Shown here piece by piece: positions 13,584-26,445 of a stretch of 64,000 bases of DNA; within the stretch, counting starts at the first letter, position 1; the number at the start of each line of letters is the position of its first letter. Location of the stretch: assembly GCA_964016885.1 (NCBI GenBank), contig OZ024752.1, positions 23,746,001-23,810,000 on the forward strand, read 5' to 3'. The stretch comes from Eledone cirrhosa. Its lineage: Eukaryota. The position numbers were made by a program, and so were the translations under genes. A model generated the notes under the pieces. It was given only the letters and a program-made list of their open reading frames with translations, did not search any database and was not told where the DNA came from.

Positions 13584-13770
13584 TGTTTCTACTATTGGCA
13601 CAAGGCCAGCAAATACTAGTATATTACTGGTACTTTATTTTATCGACCCCGTAAGGATGAAAGGCAAAGTTAACCTCGGCGGGATTTGATCTCAGAATGA
13701 CAAGGGCCGTAACTCTATGCGTCAAAGCATGGCGTCCGACCCTCTACCGATACTGCCAATTCACTGCCCT
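13584..13770 (-). mobile_element. tRNA-derived SINE (resembles octopus OR-type CORE-SINE)
   Basis: Reverse complement has TGGCAGTATCGG A box, GAGNTCAAATCC B box, GCCTTTCATCCTTACGGGGTCGATAAAAT core and AGAAACAATTATT tail. TSD CAGAGACAAATAAT. Confidence 0.85.
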
Positions 13771-13786
13771 TCCAGAGACAAATAAT

Positions 13787-13964
13787 TATTTCTACTTTAG
13801 GCACAAGGCCAGCAATTACCCAGTACATTACTAGTACTTTATTTTATCGACCCGTAAGGATGAAAGGCAAAGTTAACCTTGGCGGGATTTGAACTCAGAC
13901 TGTAAAGGGACGTAACTATGCTAGAAAGCATGGCGTCCAACCCTCTACCGATACTGCCAATTCA
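13787..13964 (-). mobile_element. tRNA-derived SINE, second subfamily
   Basis: Same family; TSD CAGAGACAAATAAT at 13773-13786 and 13965-13978. Confidence 0.85.
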
Positions 13965-14114
13965 CAGAGACAAATAATGAAAGATAGAGGTGCATAAAAA
14001 AACAAAGGGTTCTGATGTTGTTCTTTGGTAATTATAAAGGTGACAATGGTGCTGATAATGAGATATCGTAATAGATTCCAGTGGTATAAAAGGGATAAGG
14101 GATAGAAAATGGAA

Positions 14115-14925
14115 TTAGGTTGGTTTAAAGTTCTGGAACTTGGTTGCTGATTTGTGTCGGCAAAAAATAGTTCGTTCAATTCTACTATTAAGAAGGGTTT
14201 TTCTGAAATTAAGAATTTGGAAAAGCTCCATGTTACAGAGCCTGCAATGGGACATACTAGTTTGATAAGCCTTTGCTTTTGATAATATTGTCCAACTAAT
14301 CTTTGTATTCAATGCTCGCATTCCTGAGTTGCCAGATTTTGTTGGCGAGAGTTGTTGTATTTGATTGATTCTTATTAATTATTGAATTCTGTGCACGTAC
14401 CACCGTTTTTTAAATTCACCAGCTGTGGAGCCAATGTAATACCATGACAAGCTACCTGACTTTATAGAACACAGGTAGACTACATTTTTCTCCAGGCATC
14501 TGTTTAGTAGAGGGCATTTTTCAGGTAAGTGGCAGTTACATAAAGATACTTTCCTATGCGCCGGTTGTACCATATGATTTTGTAGAATGTTATGTATGGG
14601 CTGCGAATTAGGTTTGTTGATATATTGTGGTGGTGTGCCCGGGCGCGTGTTCGGTTGCGATGATGTAATATGCGTGTGTTCTGTATTTGGTGATATGGTA
14701 CTTATTTGTGGGCTACATGAATTATGAATTCTTATGTAGTTAATTTTGTGAATGTGCGATTCTATGTTGCTGGCAGTGGAGTATGATAGTTTGATAGTTT
14801 TTCTATTATTGATTTTATGATATTTATGAATTTTAGGGAAGTGTTTGTCAACTAATTTAAAGAAAGTGAAAGGAAGCTTAGTTTTAATAGAGGAGTTAAA
14901 CATTGGATTAAACCATAACTAGTTT
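14115..14925 (-). pseudogene. Naiad-type PLE ORF C-terminus (Zn knuckle plus GIY-YIG), frameshifted
   Basis: WFNPMFN; HFP..HKYHKINNRKTIKLSYST; CNCH..CPLLNRCL..VVYLC; YYIGST..FKKRW..H; CRLCNME; LLNSRIE..CRHK. Confidence 0.88.
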
Positions 14926-15157
14926 CTTAATAGTAGAATTGAACGAACTATTTTTTGCCGGCACAAATCAGCAACCAAGTTCCAGAACTTTAAACCAACC
15001 TAATTCCATTTTCTATCCCTTATCCCTTTTATACCACTGGAATCTATTACAATATCTCATTATCAGCACCATTGTCACCTTTATAATTACCAAAGAATAA
15101 CATCAGAACCCTTTGTATTTTTATACACCTCTATCTTTCATTATTTGTCTCTGCAAG

Positions 15158-15348
15158 GGCGGTGAATTGGCAGTATCGGTAGAGGGTCGGACGCCATGCT
15201 TTGACGCATAGAGTTACGGCCCTTGCCATTCTGAGTTCAAATCCCGCCGAGGTTAACTTTGCCTTTCATCCTTACGGGGTCGATAAAATAAAGTACCAGT
15301 AATATACTAGTATTTGCTGGCCTTGTGCCAATAGTAGAAACAATTATT
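15158..15348 (+). mobile_element. tRNA-derived SINE (mirror of 13584-13770 in the PLE 2 right arm)
   Basis: Same flanks, in reverse complement. Confidence 0.85.
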
Positions 15349-15745
15349 TGTCTCTGCATTTCTCTACGTAAACCTATTTCATCTCGATCATTTTATCTTA
15401 TCATATAATACATCTTAAATAGTCAATTTACTTATTAAAATATCCAATGCATACATAAATATATCCAATATTATAATATTTTCAACTTTACATCTATCCA
15501 TATTTAATAATCATCAATAACTCTCCGCAATAACATTAACAACATTAATACTACTCTCTTCAACGCATCTATTTATTTCTTTATTCTCATCTCTATGTTT
15601 CATTTCCTGGTGGAAGTTCAGGTGTACTCCGGGTTAGTATCCAGTTTCGGGGTGAAAATCCAACGAATTTTGAGAGGTATCAAGCGTTAACCTAATATAT
15701 CCCTTCCATATACTGTACCGATTGTGTTGTTATTTCTATTTACCT

Positions 15746-15777
<32 letters not shown>

Positions 15778-15799
15778 CATACATACATACATACATACA

Positions 15800-15909
<110 letters not shown>

Positions 15910-16033
15910 TGTATGTATAGTATATTTGGCAATATACCGTATGTTTAATTAAAAACATTTAGAAGACCATACGCTATCAGTTTCAAAGTAGTGATTATGT
16001 CACTTACTTCTTTTCGGAGAAATAAAGGAGAGA

Positions 16034-16075
16034 AGCTGACAGTCTGTTTCACACTGGTTGGCGTTCATCAGAGCC
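16034..16075 (-). ncRNA. Minimal hammerhead ribozyme
   Basis: Reverse complement: GCT-CTGATGA-ACGC caacca GTGT-GAAAC AGACT GTC-AGC. Confidence 0.8.
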
Positions 16076-16382
16076 ACGTAAATTATAGAAGCTGGATTCT
16101 TATAGAATTCCAGTAATAATCAGGAGCTGATTATACAGAGCGATTGCCGGTCCAAAACACGAGAGAGAGTCTGTGTTTATCAAGGTACAGGGAATACCAC
16201 TAGCGTATGGAACCTATAAACTAAGAAAGGTGAGCATCTTTATTTGAGTGGCCTGGGGCTGCAATTTCTCGCGGCTCACCCCACCCAAGCCACTGGTTTA
16301 CTGTCTCATGCACATATTTCCTTCTCTCTCCCACGTGTTGCAAAGCAGTACTCTTAGAGTTGTTTGGAATTCATTTACTTAC

Positions 16383-16461
16383 CACACGCTGATGAACCTG
16401 GCTGAGGTCAATCGAAACACTAATTTTCTGGCGAAACATTCTCTCTGAGTTTGTACGTGTG
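16383..16461 (+). ncRNA. Hammerhead-like motif, degenerate stem II
   Basis: CACACG-CTGATGA...GAAAC ATTCTC tct GAGTTT GTA-CGTGTG; 6-bp stem I. Confidence 0.55.
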
Positions 16462-16587
16462 TGATATATAGTTATAAAGATGGGTAAATTCATTCTGATT
16501 TATATTTTTAATTACTATGCGTCTATCTCTTAGTTTTTAGGTTCCATACGCTAGTGGTATTCCCTGTACCGTGATAAACACTCTCGG

Positions 16588-17030
16588 AAGACGCAGTGAT
16601 ATACATATGGAAAATATTGGAGGGACTAGCACCAAACTTTGGCATTGAGAGCTGAACATTGAGAGCTGACCAATTTCTGAACATGACGTCACTGGTGCCA
16701 AAGGTCCCTTCTCCCACATCCAGAATAAAGAACAGATATTGCAACAGCCTGGGGTTCAAAGGCCCTCAACTATTCAACAAGCTGCTAAGAAATTTGAGAG
16801 ATCTACATGGTTTGGACGTGGATGTTTTCAAAAAACATCTCGACACCCTGCTATCCAGGATCCCGGATGAGCCCACAGCACGGTACGAGGGAAACCTAAC
16901 GGCAGCAGCAACAAACTCCCTCTTTCAACCAATGACAAGCCAACACAGGCTGGCGATAGAATATGTAGCAACAAAGGCGATGCCCCAGCATGGACTCAGT
17001 CGGATGGCTGGAACAGGTAAAAGAGTGAAT
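16588..17030 (+). mobile_element. CR1/L2-group LINE 3' fragment
   Basis: YIWKILEGLAPN..SLGFKGPQLFNKL..FKKHLDTLLSRIPDEP; near-identical to 54035-54470. Confidence 0.8.
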
Positions 17031-17093
17031 ATATATATAAATGTATAAATGTATATATTATATATATATGATATATATATGATATATATACAT

Positions 17094-17880
<787 letters not shown>

Positions 17881-17899
17881 TACCTGGAATACCATAACT

Positions 17900-19202
17900 G
17901 GACTATAGCTGCAATGACAGAGGACGGAGACATCGTTTTGCTAGCAGGGGACTTCAATAGTCATGTTGGACAGCTCCAGGGTGGTTACATTGGGGTGGGC
18001 ACGGTTACGGCTCAAGAAATGAAGAAGGAGTGAGACAATTGCAAGAGAAATTCTTAGAGAAGAATAAGCCACTATATATAGCCTTTGTTGACCTAGAGAA
18101 GGCCTTTGATAGGGTACTCCGATCTGTCATCTGGTGGTCCCTAAGGAAACTAGGTGTTGAGGAATGGCTTGTGAGGACAGTGCAAACTTTGTACATAGGT
18201 GCTGTCAGTAAAGTCAGAGTAGGAATGGTGTTTAGTGAGGAATTCCAGATACAAGTATGAGTACATCAAGGTTCGGTCCTCAGCCCGCTCTTGTTCATTA
18301 TAGTCCTCCAAGCCATAACAGAGGAGTTTAAGACTGGCTGCCCATGGGAACTTCTTTATGCTGACGATCTGGTTCTTACAGCAGAATCAGTAGAGGAGCT
18401 AGAGAATAAATTCTGGCTATTGAAACAGCAGTTGGAAGCAAGAGGACTGAGAGTGAACCTAGCTAAGACAAAAGTGTTGAAGAGTAGAAAAGAGGACAAA
18501 ACTCTGATTCCGTCAGGGAAATGGCCGTGTTCGATATGCAGAAAAGGAACTGGCATAAATTCTATAAAATGCATACAATGCAGATCCTGGGTACACAGAT
18601 CCTAGGAGATCAGACTAGCATGGGAGGAGGATGTTCTGAGGCCATAGTGTCTAGAATAAGGACGGATTGGAAGAGGTTTAGGGAGCTGCTTCTTCTGCTG
18701 ACGAAGAAGGGTTTCTCCCTGCGTACGAAAGGCCGGTTATATGATGCCTGTGTGAGGAGCGCGATGCTGCATGGTAGTGAGACATGGGCAGCAACTGCAG
18801 AGGATATGTGACGGCTGGAGAGAAATGAGGCAAGCATCCTCCGTTGGATGTGCAATGTCAATGTGCGTGAACAACCCAGCATGGATGTGAGAGAGAAACT
18901 GTGTCTGAAAGGGATAGAATGTAGTGTGCGAGAGAAGAGACTGCGGTGGTATGGACATGTGATGCGCATGGAGGTTGACCGATGGGTGAAGGAGTGCCAG
19001 GAAATGCCAGTTGAAGGAAGACGTGGTAGAGGTAGACCACGAAAAACATGAACGGAGCTGGTGAGAACAGACCTCAGATCGCTGAAGCTCGCGGTGGAAA
19101 TGACGAAGGACCGTGACAAGTGGAGAGATGCTGTGCTGAATAAGACCCGTCCAGCCTTGCAAGCAGGGAAAAGCGAACGTAAAATGATGATGATCATGAT
19201 GA
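17900..19202 (+). mobile_element. RTE-clade LINE, internally deleted and decayed
   Basis: AP-endonuclease motif LAGDFNSHVG joined to RT (FVDLEKAFDRV, HQGSVLSP, LLYADDL), MLHGSETW, RLRWYGHV, GRGRPRKT; (ATG)n tail; several stops. Confidence 0.92.
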
Positions 19203-19208
19203 TATATG

Positions 19209-19415
<207 letters not shown>

Positions 19416-19416
19416 C

Positions 19417-19450
<34 letters not shown>

Positions 19451-20070
19451 CTAGCAGAATGGCCCGGCGTTGCTCGGGATTTGCTATAGGGCTCTTATAT
19501 ATTTGATATATATTTATCCTTATCGAACCTCGTGAAATAAATACGTTTGTTTATATTTTGTTATTGTGTATGCAAAAAATCTGTCCATAAATATATAATT
19601 ATAATATATATATATATATATTAAAATAACATATTAATGTTTAAGCAAAGAATCGCTGCTTTCAACCTTAACGGGATCTTCTGAAACTAAAAAAATCAAT
19701 CTGGAAAACAGGAAGACGATACTTTGGTTCGTGAAGACGTTCCCTGGCATAAGAATATATACACACACACACACTGATCACGTCATAATGACGTAATGCA
19801 GACAGTCAGGCATACAGACAGATATTATGAAGGCGCGACGTCATATCTATGTATCTATCTAAAAAGAGAAAGACTAAGAGAAAGAGAAAGAGATCGCTAA
19901 ATCACCTAATGCGGTCTCTAGGGCATTGCAAATTTGAAATTTTATTTGCTAAAAACACTTCCGGGCTCATACGAGTTACATGTATAAATTTTGAAAAAAA
20001 CCGGTTGGGTACTTCTCGAGTTTTAGGGAAACAGACACACAGACATCCTCTGTTTTATATATATAGATAT
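19451..20070 (-). mobile_element. Non-autonomous Helitron-like element
   Basis: Reverse-complement 3' end CCCGAGCAACGCCGGG hairpin followed by CTAG; related copies at 34115-35107, 50100-50245, 51850-52200 and 60272-60870. Confidence 0.8.
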
Positions 20071-20194
20071 AGATATTTTATATATATATATATATATATA
20101 TAACGAAGGAAATGTGGTAAGGAACCAGGTGGACCATAATGCACCAAAGTACTCAATACTTAGGGCAGTAGAGTGGGTAATAGGAACAAGTAAG

Positions 20195-20288
20195 ACCCCG
20201 ACGGCTGAGCTCAAGCCGTTTCGACGGCTAATTCTGGACTGAATGAAAATTTATTCTGGTATTTAAATAGCCGAGCTTATCAAGGGGT
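20195..20288 (-). ncRNA. Hammerhead-like motif of PLE 3, variant TTGATAA core
   Basis: Reverse complement: ACCCC-TTGATAA-gctCGGCTA...TAGCCGtc-GAAAC GGCT tgagctc AGCC GTC-GGGGT. Confidence 0.6.
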
Positions 20289-21065
20289 AATTCCATATAT
20301 GGTCAAAGAGACAATCACCAGGATTGGTCACATCACAAGTTAGTAGTAAATCGGTGATGGCAAATTGGTGGGGGAAGGGGTAGCTAAAACCTGCCGGTAG
20401 GAGAAAAAGGGAGAGGGAGTGGAGTAGACCCATTCATGCGTTGGTAGTGCCAGCTACAGCTGGGCGTGAGGTCAAATGGATACTGGGGGGGGGGGGGAAT
20501 TCGAAACGGTAAGTAGAACAATGAAGGGTAAAACTATAAACAGTACTGAGAGAGAAAAAAAAAAATAAGCAAAGTCTGGTTACTAAGATTCTCGCTATTG
20601 CTAGGCTAAAGAAATACATAAATAAATAAATAAACAAATACGTGAATAAAAGAATAGATAAATAAATTTAAAAATATATATAATGAAGAATAAAATACTA
20701 AAGAGACTGCCACGAAATAATAAAGGTTTCTACCCCAATCACAGGGCCAGCAACCACCCAGTGCAAGAAAGTAAACTAGTACGAGAATATAATTTAGGGT
20801 CCCGCAAAAAATACTAGTGCTAACTCTAAGGGTACCGCCACGAAACGAAAAGTCTTATACACGCTACATGAAAGATCGTACGAAGTAAAAGTAAAGAACG
20901 GAAAATTAATACAGAACCCCCACCCACCCTCCAGTATTGGCAGTGATTTATTTCATCAAATCTCAACATTTATATACTACAAATAATAATATGATAAACA
21001 TAAAGAATAAAAAGACGTGGAGCGTATTAGAGATATAAGAGAGTGTGTAACGAGGTGGAAGGTAA

Positions 21066-21158
<93 letters not shown>

Positions 21159-22087
21159 GAAGAAAAGAAAAGAAGAAAAGAAGAAAAAAAGAAAAAAAAG
21201 AAAAAAATAAGAAAAAAAAAATAAATACATAGCTAAATATTTAAATGAATAAAAATAAATAAAAGGGTGGATGAATAGAGGAAGACGAAAGTGGAAATAA
21301 CGACAAAAGAGAGGGAACAAAATATATGTTGGGATATATAAAAAAAAACCGTTGTTTTCAAATATTAGGTCGATTGAGGCAACCAATCAATTACCATAAA
21401 CCATTGAATATCTCTTGTATTTGATTATGGTTAAGCTAATTATACTTATATATTATATCAAAATTAGTCAATATACATTACTTTTTATAGCCGTCACATA
21501 ATTGGTTTAATTAAAAATTTATATAATTTAATTTAACTCATTATAGATTATAATTTTAGTTTAAGTAATATATTGCTTAAGTATTTTGCTACAACTTTTT
21601 AAAAAAATTTTATCTTTAAAACAAATTTAAATAATTATTAAACATGCATTTAAAATATATATTAAAATACATGCATATATCACCATCAATATATATAATA
21701 TATTAAGATCATTTTTTAGGCGAATTATTTAATTTAAATAGGATATTTACTTTATAAAATCATTTCTATTCTTTAATTATCATATAATTACAGGATTAAA
21801 TTTCTGTTATATTTACTCTCAAAAGTTTTATTCTGTTAATTTATATTTACTTCTGTAATTACATATTATTATAGTTTCCTTTTAAAGATATTCTTATATT
21901 ACTAAACTACATAATTCATATCAAATATAATTTAGTAATCTATTCAAACAGAATAAAAATATTTACGAAGAATGTAAACAAAACATAGGATACAAAGACT
22001 CATAATGAATTTTTTCTAATAAATAGAACATCAATAAGGCAAACCAGTAAGGCAAAAAATTAAATATATATTTTTTTTAAATTATTA

Positions 22088-22940
22088 TTAATTTTTTCGG
22101 AACTTGTACAATACCCGGAATATTTTACCGAATTTATGTTGGCAGCTGCTAAATAATTCATTTTTCTTGTTAATTAAATTGTCATAATTTGTAATTATCA
22201 ATAGAGTCTCAAGATTGCAAAGATTGCAATTTAGTGAAATGGAAGCGTTCCGATAGGAATTGACATTTTTTAACCGAGTCCAAGAGATGGAGTATTTAAT
22301 ATTCTTGTCCTTCAAAGACCATATTAATTGTGAGAGTGAGGTTGAAAATGTTTTATCTGGATTAGAAAAAGAATGTTTATGACTGTACCAACGAACCTTA
22401 AATTTAGATGAAGTGGCAGCAACGTAGTTGTATATATTATTATTTGTCTTAATGGTACATTTATATACTAGATTCTTGTCAAGGCAGTTATTTTGTAAGG
22501 GACATTCTGACTTCTTTCTACAGTTACATTTCTTCTCGGTGTTATTTCTATACCCTAAACTATTCATATTATTATTATTATTTACAGGTGTTCTACTATT
22601 ATTCATATTTAAAGTATTATTATTGTTATTCCCATTAACTAATGTATTATTATTATTATTGTTATTATCGCTATTTATAAGTTGGTTCAAATTAAGATTT
22701 TTACTATTTATTTTTGCTATATTTTGAGCAATATTCATAGTTGTTGAATAAGAGAGTTTAACTGTGTGTCTATTGAAGATAGAGTAATATTTATGTGATC
22801 TAGGGAAGCATTTATCCAAGGCTTTAAAAAATAAGTGTGCTAAAGGTGTTTTAATAGCTAAAGATGCTGGCGGAGCATACCAAATTATAGATCTAGTTCT
22901 TATTTTTTCCCCCGGTTGTTTTTATAGTAAATTTTATTTA
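22088..22940 (-). pseudogene. Naiad-type PLE ORF C-terminus (Zn knuckle plus GIY-YIG)
   Basis: IIWYAPP; CFP.SHKYYSIFNRHTVKLSYST; CNCRKKSECPLQNNCL..LVYKC; YVAATSSKFKVRW..H..SF; CNLCNLE; LINKKNE..CQHK. Confidence 0.9.
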
Positions 22941-23250
22941 TAATAAATTTTCGGTAAACCGATACGTGCATATATATATATGTGTGCATGCATGTATATA
23001 TATATATACATACTACTGTACGTCTGTATACATATATGTATGTACGTATACATACATACATGCTTACATTTAAGTAAGTGCCGTACTAAGAGTGAGAAGT
23101 GAAATTTCGTTTCATTCTATTCCATTTATCGTTTTCGATGTGCCGAGCCGACTGAACTCACTCGATATGCAAATTAGGCTGCTCAGCCGTTAATATGCAT
23201 AAGGAAAGTATATACTTTTAGACGTTCAACCATCTGGCAGTAAGGTATAA

Positions 23251-23289
23251 GATGCTGACGATAGCTAATAAGCTTGAAACTAGTACATC
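23251..23289 (+). ncRNA. Minimal hammerhead ribozyme (family B)
   Basis: GATG-CTGACGA-tAGCT aata AGCTt-GAAAC TA GTA-CATC; palindromic stem III ACTAGT. Confidence 0.85.
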
Positions 23290-23498
23290 GTTCCTGTGTC
23301 AGTGTTGAACAAAATGGTGACGTGGTTGCCTAAACACTGTACGGCATAATTCGGGCTGTTTGTTTGTTTACAAACAAACAAACCGAGCATTATAATAAAT
23401 GTTCGGTAAACCGATACGTGCATATATATATGTGTGCATGTATGTATATATATACATACTACTGTACGTCTGTATACATGTATGTACGTATACATACA

Positions 23499-25594
23499 GT
23501 TCGAAGCACAGTTCGAGGCTGCTTTGAGGAACAGATTTGCTGTCCTTGAGGTGTCTGCACCAGGCTCGGTCAATTGGTGGGAGGAAATAAAGAAGACCAT
23601 GGAAGCTGCAGGGGAAGAAATCCTGGGCTACAGGAAGTCCCTCAGAGAAGCTTGGGTCAACGACAACACCTGGCAGCTGATTAATGAAAGGAAAGCCCTA
23701 CACCACCAGCAGAGGCATGACACTACCCCAGAGGCCATCAAGGTAAATCAGCAGTATGTTGACAAGGACAAGGAGGTGAAACGCAGCGCCCAAAAGGACA
23801 AACGAATGTGGCTTGAGGGTAAGGCAGAGGAGGCGGAAGCAGCTGCGGCACGCAATGACATGCGCTCTGTGTACCAAATTGCCAAGAAAATCACCGGCAG
23901 CTCTAGAGCTAACTCAGGCCCGGTGAAAGCGAAAGATGGTACGCTGCTTTCCAAGGGTGAAGAAAAGTTAGTCAGATGGGCTGAACATTTCAAGGAAGTC
24001 CTCAACCGACCGGAGCCACGTGTGCCAGCAGACACTAAGGAACCTACTAGTTTGTTGCCTATCAATACTGATGACTTCACCGTGAAGGAAGTCCGCATGG
24101 CCATCAAAACCCTTAAGAATAACAAGTCACCAGGTATGGATGGCATTTCTGCTGAAATGCTGAAGTCAGGAGGCGAAAGCATGGTCAAGTGGATGGGCCA
24201 CTTATGTAATCTTGTGTGGAACACGGGTGAGGTCCCAGAAGACTGGAGAAACGGAGCAGTTGTCTGTATCCCCAAGAAGGGCAACCTTGCCGATTGTGAC
24301 AACTGGAGGGGAGTGACACTTCTCTCCATACCAGGGAAGGTCTATTGTCTGATTATCCTGAACCTCATACGTGGCATGATAGACCGGAAACTGCGAGAAC
24401 AACAGGCAGGGTTCCGACCAAAACGTTCCTGTGCAGAGCAGATCTTTACGTTACGCCGCATCATTGAGATGTACAACGAATTCCAGAGGCCCCTCGCCAT
24501 CAGCTTCATCGATTTCTCCAAAGCATTCGATAGCATTCATCGACCGTCACTCTGGAGCATCATGCATGAGTATGGTCTGCCCCAGAAAGTCATTTCGGCA
24601 ATCAAACAGATTTACGCAAACTCCAAGTGCTGCATACGGACAGAGGATGGTTACAGTGACTGGTTTGAGGTGGTTGCTGGTGTGCGTCAAAGTTGCTCCC
24701 TCTCTCCAATTCTCTTTGCCATAGCCATTGACTGGGTACTAAGAAGAGCGTCTAAAGACCAGGGTATATCTTGGGTGGGAGAGCAAAAGTTGTCTGACCT
24801 GGACTTTGCGGACGATATTGCTGCACTTGCAGAGAGCACAGCTGACCTGCAAATCATTATGAACAATATCAATGTCGAAGCAGGAAGCATAGGTCTCAAT
24901 ATCAGTGCTAAGAAGACTAAAAGCATGTTATCTGGGACACACCCATCACCAACTAGTGTCTTCATTGAACAGGGGAAGGTGGAGATAGTGGACAACTTCA
25001 CCTACCTAGGAAGCTCCATTGACAATGGGGGCGCCATGGACAGTGAATTGCAATGTAGAATGGGAAAGGCTTCAGCAGCATTTAACCAGCTTGACAAGAT
25101 CTGGAAGAGCAGGATGTTCACCCTCAAAACAAAGATGAGATTCTACACCAGCAACGTGTTGTCCACACTCTTGTGCGGAAGTGAAACATGGCACCTTAAG
25201 ACCAGCCAAGAGAAGAAGTTGGACGCATTCGATTCCAGGTGTCTGCGAAAGATCCTGGGGATTAAATGGAGTGACCATGTAACAAACCAGGAAGTCAGGA
25301 ACCGCACTAACCAGCAGCTAGTCTCATCTGCCATCTGCAAGCGACGCCTGGGCTGGTTTGGGCACGCTTTGAGACTTCCCCCGGAAAGACTGCCGAAACA
25401 AGTACTTAAATGGAGCCCGCAGGGAAGCAGACGGAGAGGGCGACCCAAAGTGAACTGGCGCCAGACAGTTGAGAGGGACCTACGAGCGACAAACAGACAA
25501 TGGCGGGACGCTGTGCAACTGGCTGCTGACCAAACGCGGTGGAACACTATGATTGCCTCATGCGTCGCAAGACGCGGGAGCTGCTGAGTCTGAG
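23499..25594 (+). mobile_element. 5'-truncated RTE-clade LINE with TSD
   Basis: TSD GTATACATACA at 23488-23498 and 25594-25604; (CTGAGT)2 tail right after the stop codon. Confidence 0.95.
23500..25587 (+). CDS. RTE reverse transcriptase ORF, uninterrupted but lacking the N-terminal endonuclease
   Basis: KSPGMDGI, IPKKG..CDNWRGVTLL, QAGFR, FIDFSKAFDS, GVRQSCSLSP, LDFADD, FTYLGS, RRLGWFGH, RRRGRPK. The ORF track's N-terminal 22 aa are flanking repeat. Confidence 0.93.
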   Translation, partial: FEAQFEAALRNRFAVLEVSAPGSVNWWEEIKKTMEAAGEEILGYRKSLREAWVNDNTWQLINERKALHHQQRHDTTPEAIKVNQQYVDKDKEVKRSAQKDKRMWLEGKAEEAEAAAARNDMRSVYQIAKKITGSSRANSGPVKAKDGTLLSKGEEKLVRWAEHFKEVLNRPEPRVPADTKEPTSLLPINTDDFTVKEVRMAIKTLKNNKSPGMDGISAEMLKSGGESMVKWMGHLCNLVWNTGEVPEDWRNGAVVCIPKKGNLADCDNWRGVTLLSIPGKVYCLIILNLIRGMIDRKLREQQAGFRPKRSCAEQIFTLRRIIEMYNEFQRPLAISFIDFSKAFDSIHRPSLWSIMHEYGLPQKVISAIKQIYANSKCCIRTEDGYSDWFEVVAGVRQSCSLSPILFAIAIDWVLRRASKDQGISWVGEQKLSDLDFADDIAALAESTADLQIIMNNINVEAGSIGLNISAKKTKSMLSGTHPSPTSVFIEQGKVEIVDNFTYLGSSIDNGGAMDSELQCRMGKASAAFNQLDKIWKSRMFTLKTKMRFYTSNVLSTLLCGSETWHLKTSQEKKLDAFDSRCLRKILGIKWSDHVTNQEVRNRTNQQLVSSAICKRRLGWFGHALRLPPERLPKQVLKWSPQGSRRRGRPKVNWRQTVERDLRATNRQWRDAVQLAADQTRWNTMIASCVARRGSC

Positions 25595-25797
25595 TATACA
25601 TACATACATACTTACATTTAAGTAAGTGCCGTACTAAGAGTGAGAAATGAAATTTCGTTCCATTCTATTCCATTTATCGTTTTCGGTGTGCCCAGCCGAC
25701 TGAACTCACTCGATATGCAAATTAGGCTGCTCAGCCGTTAATGTGCATAAGGAAAGTATATACTTTTAGACGTTCAACCATCTGGCAGGAAGGTATA

Positions 25798-25838
25798 CGA
25801 TGCTGACGATAGCTAATAAGCTTGAAACTAGTACATCG
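25798..25838 (+). ncRNA. Minimal hammerhead ribozyme (family B)
   Basis: CGATG-CTGACGA-tAGCT aata AGCTt-GAAAC TA GTA-CATCG. Confidence 0.87.
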
Positions 25839-26116
25839 TTCCTGTGTCAGTGTTGAACAAAAAGGTGACGTGGTTGCCTAAACACTGTACGGCGTAATTC
25901 GGGCTGTTTGTTTGTTTACAAACAAACAAATCGAGCATTTCAATAAATGTTCGGTAAACCGATACGTGCATATATATATGTGTGCATGTATATATATATA
26001 CATACTACTGTACGTCTGTATACATATATGTATGTACGTATACATACATACATACTTACATTTAAGTAAGTGCCGTACTAAGAGTGAGAAATGAAATTTC
26101 ATTTCATTCTATTCCA

Positions 26117-26148
<32 letters not shown>

Positions 26149-26445
26149 GAATACTGTGATTATAATTAATATTATTTTCAGTATGTTTTTCCACATACTC
26201 AATATTATTGTTATATCCAGCTTTATGTAACGCTTCATTATAATATACAGCCTTACTATTAAATATGGATCTATTAGCAGATAGCCTGGATATTCGTTGT
26301 TGCACACTGTTTGACTATTGCATTCTTAACACTTTTAGGATGATTAGAATAAAAACTAACATAATTTAAGTTCTCATTGAGCTTATGGAAAGGATAATAA
26401 AAGCCTGAGTTCAAATTAAGAGTTACATCTAAAAAGATTAACACA
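26117..26445 (-). pseudogene. PLE 3 RT thumb region
   Basis: FLDVTLNLNSG.YYPFHKLNE...YV..SNHP..; after a frameshift, RISRLSAN..FN..AVYYNEALHKAGY. Confidence 0.88.

Larger units (their letters stand above)
11940..15605. mobile_element. Penelope-like (Naiad-type) element 2, 5'-truncated, partially inverted
   Basis: Minus ORF remnant 14115-14925. ~14926-15603 is the reverse complement of ~13325-14190 except for one extra SINE in the left arm. HHR at 12157-12259. Confidence 0.85.
22945..26116 (+). mobile_element. Family B: ~452-bp tandem HHR repeat (~2.4 units, retrozyme-like), interrupted by an RTE
   Basis: TCGGTAAACC recurs at 22951, 23403 and 25951 (period 452 after removing the RTE); one HHR per complete unit. 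Confidence 0.88.
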
